Assembly (NCBI GenBank): GCA_026395915.1
Contig: JAPLXU010000017.1
Span: 3,023 to 53,905, forward strand
Direction: 5' to 3'
DNA from: Candidatus Nomurabacteria bacterium
Lineage (GTDB): Bacteria; Patescibacteriota; Minisyncoccia; Phycocordibacterales; UBA9973
DNA length: 50,883 nucleotides
Both the position numbers and the translations under genes were made by a program. Shown here piece by piece: positions 47,654 to 50,883 of this stretch. How positions within the stretch are numbered: position 1 is the first letter of the stretch; every line of letters starts with the position of its first letter. The notes below the pieces were generated by a model. The model was not told the DNA's origin and did not search any database. It worked only from the letters and a program-made list of their open reading frames with translations.

Positions 47654-47746
47654 ATAAAAAGCTTTACTTTGTTTCCTTGTTATGTTATTATCTATATAGC
47701 TTTCAAAAAAGCCTAATGTTCTCTGGGGCTTTTTTGTTTGATATTT

Positions 47747-49597
47747 ATGGAAATACGAAATATAGCAATAATAGCTCACGTTGACCACGGCAAAACCACT
47801 TTGACGGACGCCTTGATGAAGCAAAATGGCGGATTCCAAGATGAAGGATTATCTATGGATTCGAATGCTCTAGAAAAAGAGCGTGGTATTACTATTTACG
47901 CAAAAAACACTTCTATCTATTACAAGGATACGAAGATAAATATCGTTGATACTCCCGGTCACGCGGATTTCGGTTCGGAAGTGGAACGCGTTTTGCGCGC
48001 AGTCGACTGTGTGCTTCTTCTGGTTGACGCTGTCGAAGGACCGATGCCTCAGACTAGATTTGTCTTGAAAAAATCCTTAGAGCTCGGGCTCAAGCCCATT
48101 GTCGTTATAAATAAAATAGACAAGCCGGCGTCTGAACCGCACCGGGTACATAACGAGATACTAGATTTGTTTTTTGAATTGGGAGCAGATGACGAACAAG
48201 CGAATTTTGAAACAGTTTATGCAATCGGACGCGAGGGGAAAGCTTTTAAAAATTTAGGCGACAAATCGGAAAATCTTTCTCCGCTTCTTGATGTGATCTT
48301 GGAAAAAGTTTCACCAGCTTCCACAGACCAAGGCGGAAAAATGTCCGCGCAAGTTTTTAATTTGGGTTATGACAATTTTTTGGGCAGAATGGCAGTTGCG
48401 AGAATTTATTCTGGAAAAATGTTGTCCGGAAGTTCTATTTTTGTGAAAGGTGAAAACGGTATACGAAAAGGAAAAATAGCCCAGCTCTTTTCTTTTGAAG
48501 GCATAGACAGAAAAGAAGTGGATTACGCCACCTCCGGCGATATTGTGCTCCTCGCTGGAATTCCTGACATCTATATTGGAGAAACATTGTGCGAAGACGA
48601 AAGTGTGGAACCTCTGCCTCACATTGCAATTGACGAGCCGACCTTATCTCTTAATTTTTTGGTGAATGATTCTCCATTTGCTGGCAAAGAAGGGAAGTTC
48701 GTTACCTCGAGACAGCTCAAAGAGAGGTTGGAAAAAGAACTCGAAGTGAATGTCGGACTGAAAGTTGATTTTTCTCCTGCCCGCAATGCTTCGCATAGCG
48801 ATGCAGGCAGGCCGGACCAAGGCGACAAGAAATCCGGTCCGAGCTTTTTCAAAGTGTATGGAAGAGGCGAATTACACCTCGCGATACTTCTCGAATACAT
48901 GCGTCGAGAAGGATTTGAAATGCAAGTCTCCCAGCCGGAAGTTATCATCAAAGAAAAAGACGGAGTGAAGACAGAACCTTACGAAGAGCTTGTGATTGAT
49001 GTTCCAATGGAAGCGAGCGGTGGCGTTATAGAAAAGATCGGCAAGCGTCGTGGCATTATGAAGGATATGGTGGAAAAACAAGGTATAGCGAGAATCGTTT
49101 TTGACATACCGACACGCGGGCTTTTGGGTTACCGCGGAGAATTCATCGTTGATACCAAAGGCGAAGGCATAATGAGTTCGAGAGTTACAGGCTTCAGAGA
49201 ATACGCAGGAGAAATAAAAAAACGTGAGTATGGTTCGATGACTTCCATGGTTTCTGGCAAGGCAGTAGCCTTCGCGCTTGCAAATTTACAGGAACGTGGT
49301 ATTCTGTACGTAGGGCATGGGACGGAGGTTTATGAAGGTATGGTTGTCGGTAATGTTTTGAAGGGAGACGACATGTCGGTGAATCCCACAAAAGGGAAAC
49401 AACTTACGAACATGCGAGCTTCTGGCACCGACGAGGCTATAGTTCTCAATCCAGTTTTTGCCCTGAATATCGAACGAGGTCTCGAGGTTATGAATGAAGA
49501 TGAGTATCTTGAAATTACTCCGAAGTCAGTCAGGCTTCGCAAGAAGTATCTAACGGAACTGGATAGGAAAAAATATTTTACAAGCCTTAACAAATAA
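47747..49597 (+). CDS. typA: Translational GTPase TypA/BipA
   Basis: IRNIAIIAHVDHGKTTL, ERGITI, DTPGHADFGSEVER, GRGELHL, KQLTNMRASG. Confidence 0.98.
   Translation: MEIRNIAIIAHVDHGKTTLTDALMKQNGGFQDEGLSMDSNALEKERGITIYAKNTSIYYKDTKINIVDTPGHADFGSEVERVLRAVDCVLLLVDAVEGPMPQTRFVLKKSLELGLKPIVVINKIDKPASEPHRVHNEILDLFFELGADDEQANFETVYAIGREGKAFKNLGDKSENLSPLLDVILEKVSPASTDQGGKMSAQVFNLGYDNFLGRMAVARIYSGKMLSGSSIFVKGENGIRKGKIAQLFSFEGIDRKEVDYATSGDIVLLAGIPDIYIGETLCEDESVEPLPHIAIDEPTLSLNFLVNDSPFAGKEGKFVTSRQLKERLEKELEVNVGLKVDFSPARNASHSDAGRPDQGDKKSGPSFFKVYGRGELHLAILLEYMRREGFEMQVSQPEVIIKEKDGVKTEPYEELVIDVPMEASGGVIEKIGKRRGIMKDMVEKQGIARIVFDIPTRGLLGYRGEFIVDTKGEGIMSSRVTGFREYAGEIKKREYGSMTSMVSGKAVAFALANLQERGILYVGHGTEVYEGMVVGNVLKGDDMSVNPTKGKQLTNMRASGTDEAIVLNPVFALNIERGLEVMNEDEYLEITPKSVRLRKKYLTELDRKKYFTSLNK
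48776..48811 (+). repeat. Family A1 element in frame in typA (PARNASHSDAGR), 36 bp
   Basis: cctgcccgcaatgcttcgcatagcgatgcaggcagg. Confidence 0.92.
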
Positions 49598-49599
49598 TC

Positions 49600-50628
49600 A
49601 TGTCAACAATATCTTTCAAACCAAAAAAAATCACTAAAAAAATAACTTCGGAGCTTTCTCCGCGCACTTCGGACGTGATTATGAATCGTTTCGGTTTAAC
49701 AATAGACGGAGAGAAAAAAACTCTTGAAGAGATCGGCGAGAAATATGGCATTACGAGGGAGCGTGTTCGTCAAATCGAAGAAGCGTCCCTGAATTCCATT
49801 AAAAAGTCTAGCGCGTATCAGGCGGAGCAAGCGGTCTTTGAAGAGCTAAAGCAGTTGTTGCGCAAACTTGGATCAATTGTCGCTGAACACGAACTTCTGC
49901 CTTTCATTTCCGACGACAAAGAAACACAAAATCATATCAACTTTTTTTTAACGCTTGGAGACGCTTTCAAAAAACATCGCGAAGATGAGCATTTTCATAT
50001 TCGTTGGAGCGTTGATGATGGCATAACTGAGAAAGTGCACGATTCTCTAAAGAAACTTTACACTAGCCTAAACGACGAAGATCTCGTGCCGGAAACAGAA
50101 ATGATTAAAAAGTTTCTTGATTATTTGAAAGATGTGTCTGAAGAATACAAAAGCGAAGAAATGGTTCGAAGGTGGCTTTCTATGTCAAAGACTGTCGCTA
50201 AAAACCCTCTAGGTGAATGGGGCAAGGCTTCGTCTCCGAATATCAGAACTCGCGGAGTGAAGGACTATGCCTTCCTCGTCATGAGACGTCACGGTTCCCC
50301 GATGCATTTCAGAGAGGTTGCCGATTCCATTTCCAAAACTTTCAATAAGAAAATTCACTATGCTACTTGCCACAATGAGCTTATTAAAGATCCTCGATTC
50401 GTTTTGGTTGGCAGAGGAATGTACGCTCTTTCAGAATGGGGCTACAAGAAAGGTATTGCCAGGGAAGTCATTGCCGACATACTGAAACGCGAAGGTCCGC
50501 TTTCAAAAGAAGACATAATCGAGAAAGTTAACAAAGAAAGATATTTCAAAAAGAACACTATTTTGGTCAATCTTGCCAACTTAAAGTATTTCAAAAAGAA
50601 CAAAAGTGGACTTTACGCTTTAGTTTAA
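49600..50628 (+). CDS. Sigma70 region-4 HTH plus HARE-HTH (RpoE-like) protein
   Basis: RFGL..TLEEIGEKYGITRERVRQIE; PMHFREV..HNELIKDPRFVLVGRGMYAL. Confidence 0.85.
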   Translation: MSTISFKPKKITKKITSELSPRTSDVIMNRFGLTIDGEKKTLEEIGEKYGITRERVRQIEEASLNSIKKSSAYQAEQAVFEELKQLLRKLGSIVAEHELLPFISDDKETQNHINFFLTLGDAFKKHREDEHFHIRWSVDDGITEKVHDSLKKLYTSLNDEDLVPETEMIKKFLDYLKDVSEEYKSEEMVRRWLSMSKTVAKNPLGEWGKASSPNIRTRGVKDYAFLVMRRHGSPMHFREVADSISKTFNKKIHYATCHNELIKDPRFVLVGRGMYALSEWGYKKGIAREVIADILKREGPLSKEDIIEKVNKERYFKKNTILVNLANLKYFKKNKSGLYALV

Positions 50629-50655
50629 GCAGATAGCGCTTTAGGCGCTATCTGT
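50629..50655. repeat. REP-like palindrome family D upstream of a RAYT fragment
   Basis: gcagatagcgc-tttag-gcgctatctgt. Confidence 0.85.
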
Positions 50656-50669
50656 GGTATACTTTTCTA

Positions 50670-50750
50670 GTGAGAAAACAGCCTCTTGTCACAGGAGAAT
50701 ATTATCATATATACAATCGTGGGGTAGACAAACGAGACATTCTGGCATAA
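50670..50750 (+). pseudogene. Truncated N-terminus of a second RAYT transposase
   Basis: GTG start, MRKQPLVTGEYYHIYNRGVDKRDILA*; HIYNRG matches the RAYT at 25339-25965. Confidence 0.8.
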
Positions 50751-50883
50751 GGTACATTTTCCGTGGCTTAAATTGACCATTCCAACATTGTGGTATATGG
50801 CTAAAAGTGCTAACTTTTAACTATGAATTTAAAAAAACAACAAAATATGCAGTAAATGCGGTTCAAGTGAAGTAATTAAAAGA

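Noticed and set aside
49600-50628. A true sigma factor
   Set aside because: Only a region-4-like HTH is present; no region 2 motif is visible.

Overview
Chromosomal window of a low-GC bacterium, most likely CPR/Patescibacteria (Parcubacteria, Nomurabacteria-like). This is inferred from the divergent 16S rRNA with no anti-SD and no linked 23S, the VirB2-like pilin array, the short IF2 and S1, and TGA used as stop. It holds the 3' part of 16S rRNA, 10 tRNAs, housekeeping genes (secA, murE/D/C, rpsA, gyrA, rbfA, infB, iscS-like, clpB, typA), hicBA, a flavinylation locus (FMN-binding protein, ApbE, RnfD/NqrB-FNR fusion) and a two-component system. Two systems stand out. (1) A complete diversity-generating retroelement (DGR) at 6849-9800: DUF1566/CLec target with VR, avd, a 144-bp TR and RT. 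The RT is split by a G9 tract and the upstream gene has an out-of-frame (AG)7 tract, suggesting slippage-controlled switching. (2) Several families of short palindromic elements, mostly multiples of 3 nt, inserted in frame into secA, typA, iscS (three sites, one nested), murE, murC and infB, and into 16S helix 40. Two families also sit beside REP-associated tyrosine transposase (RAYT) genes in this window. All calls are from manual reading; no searches were run.
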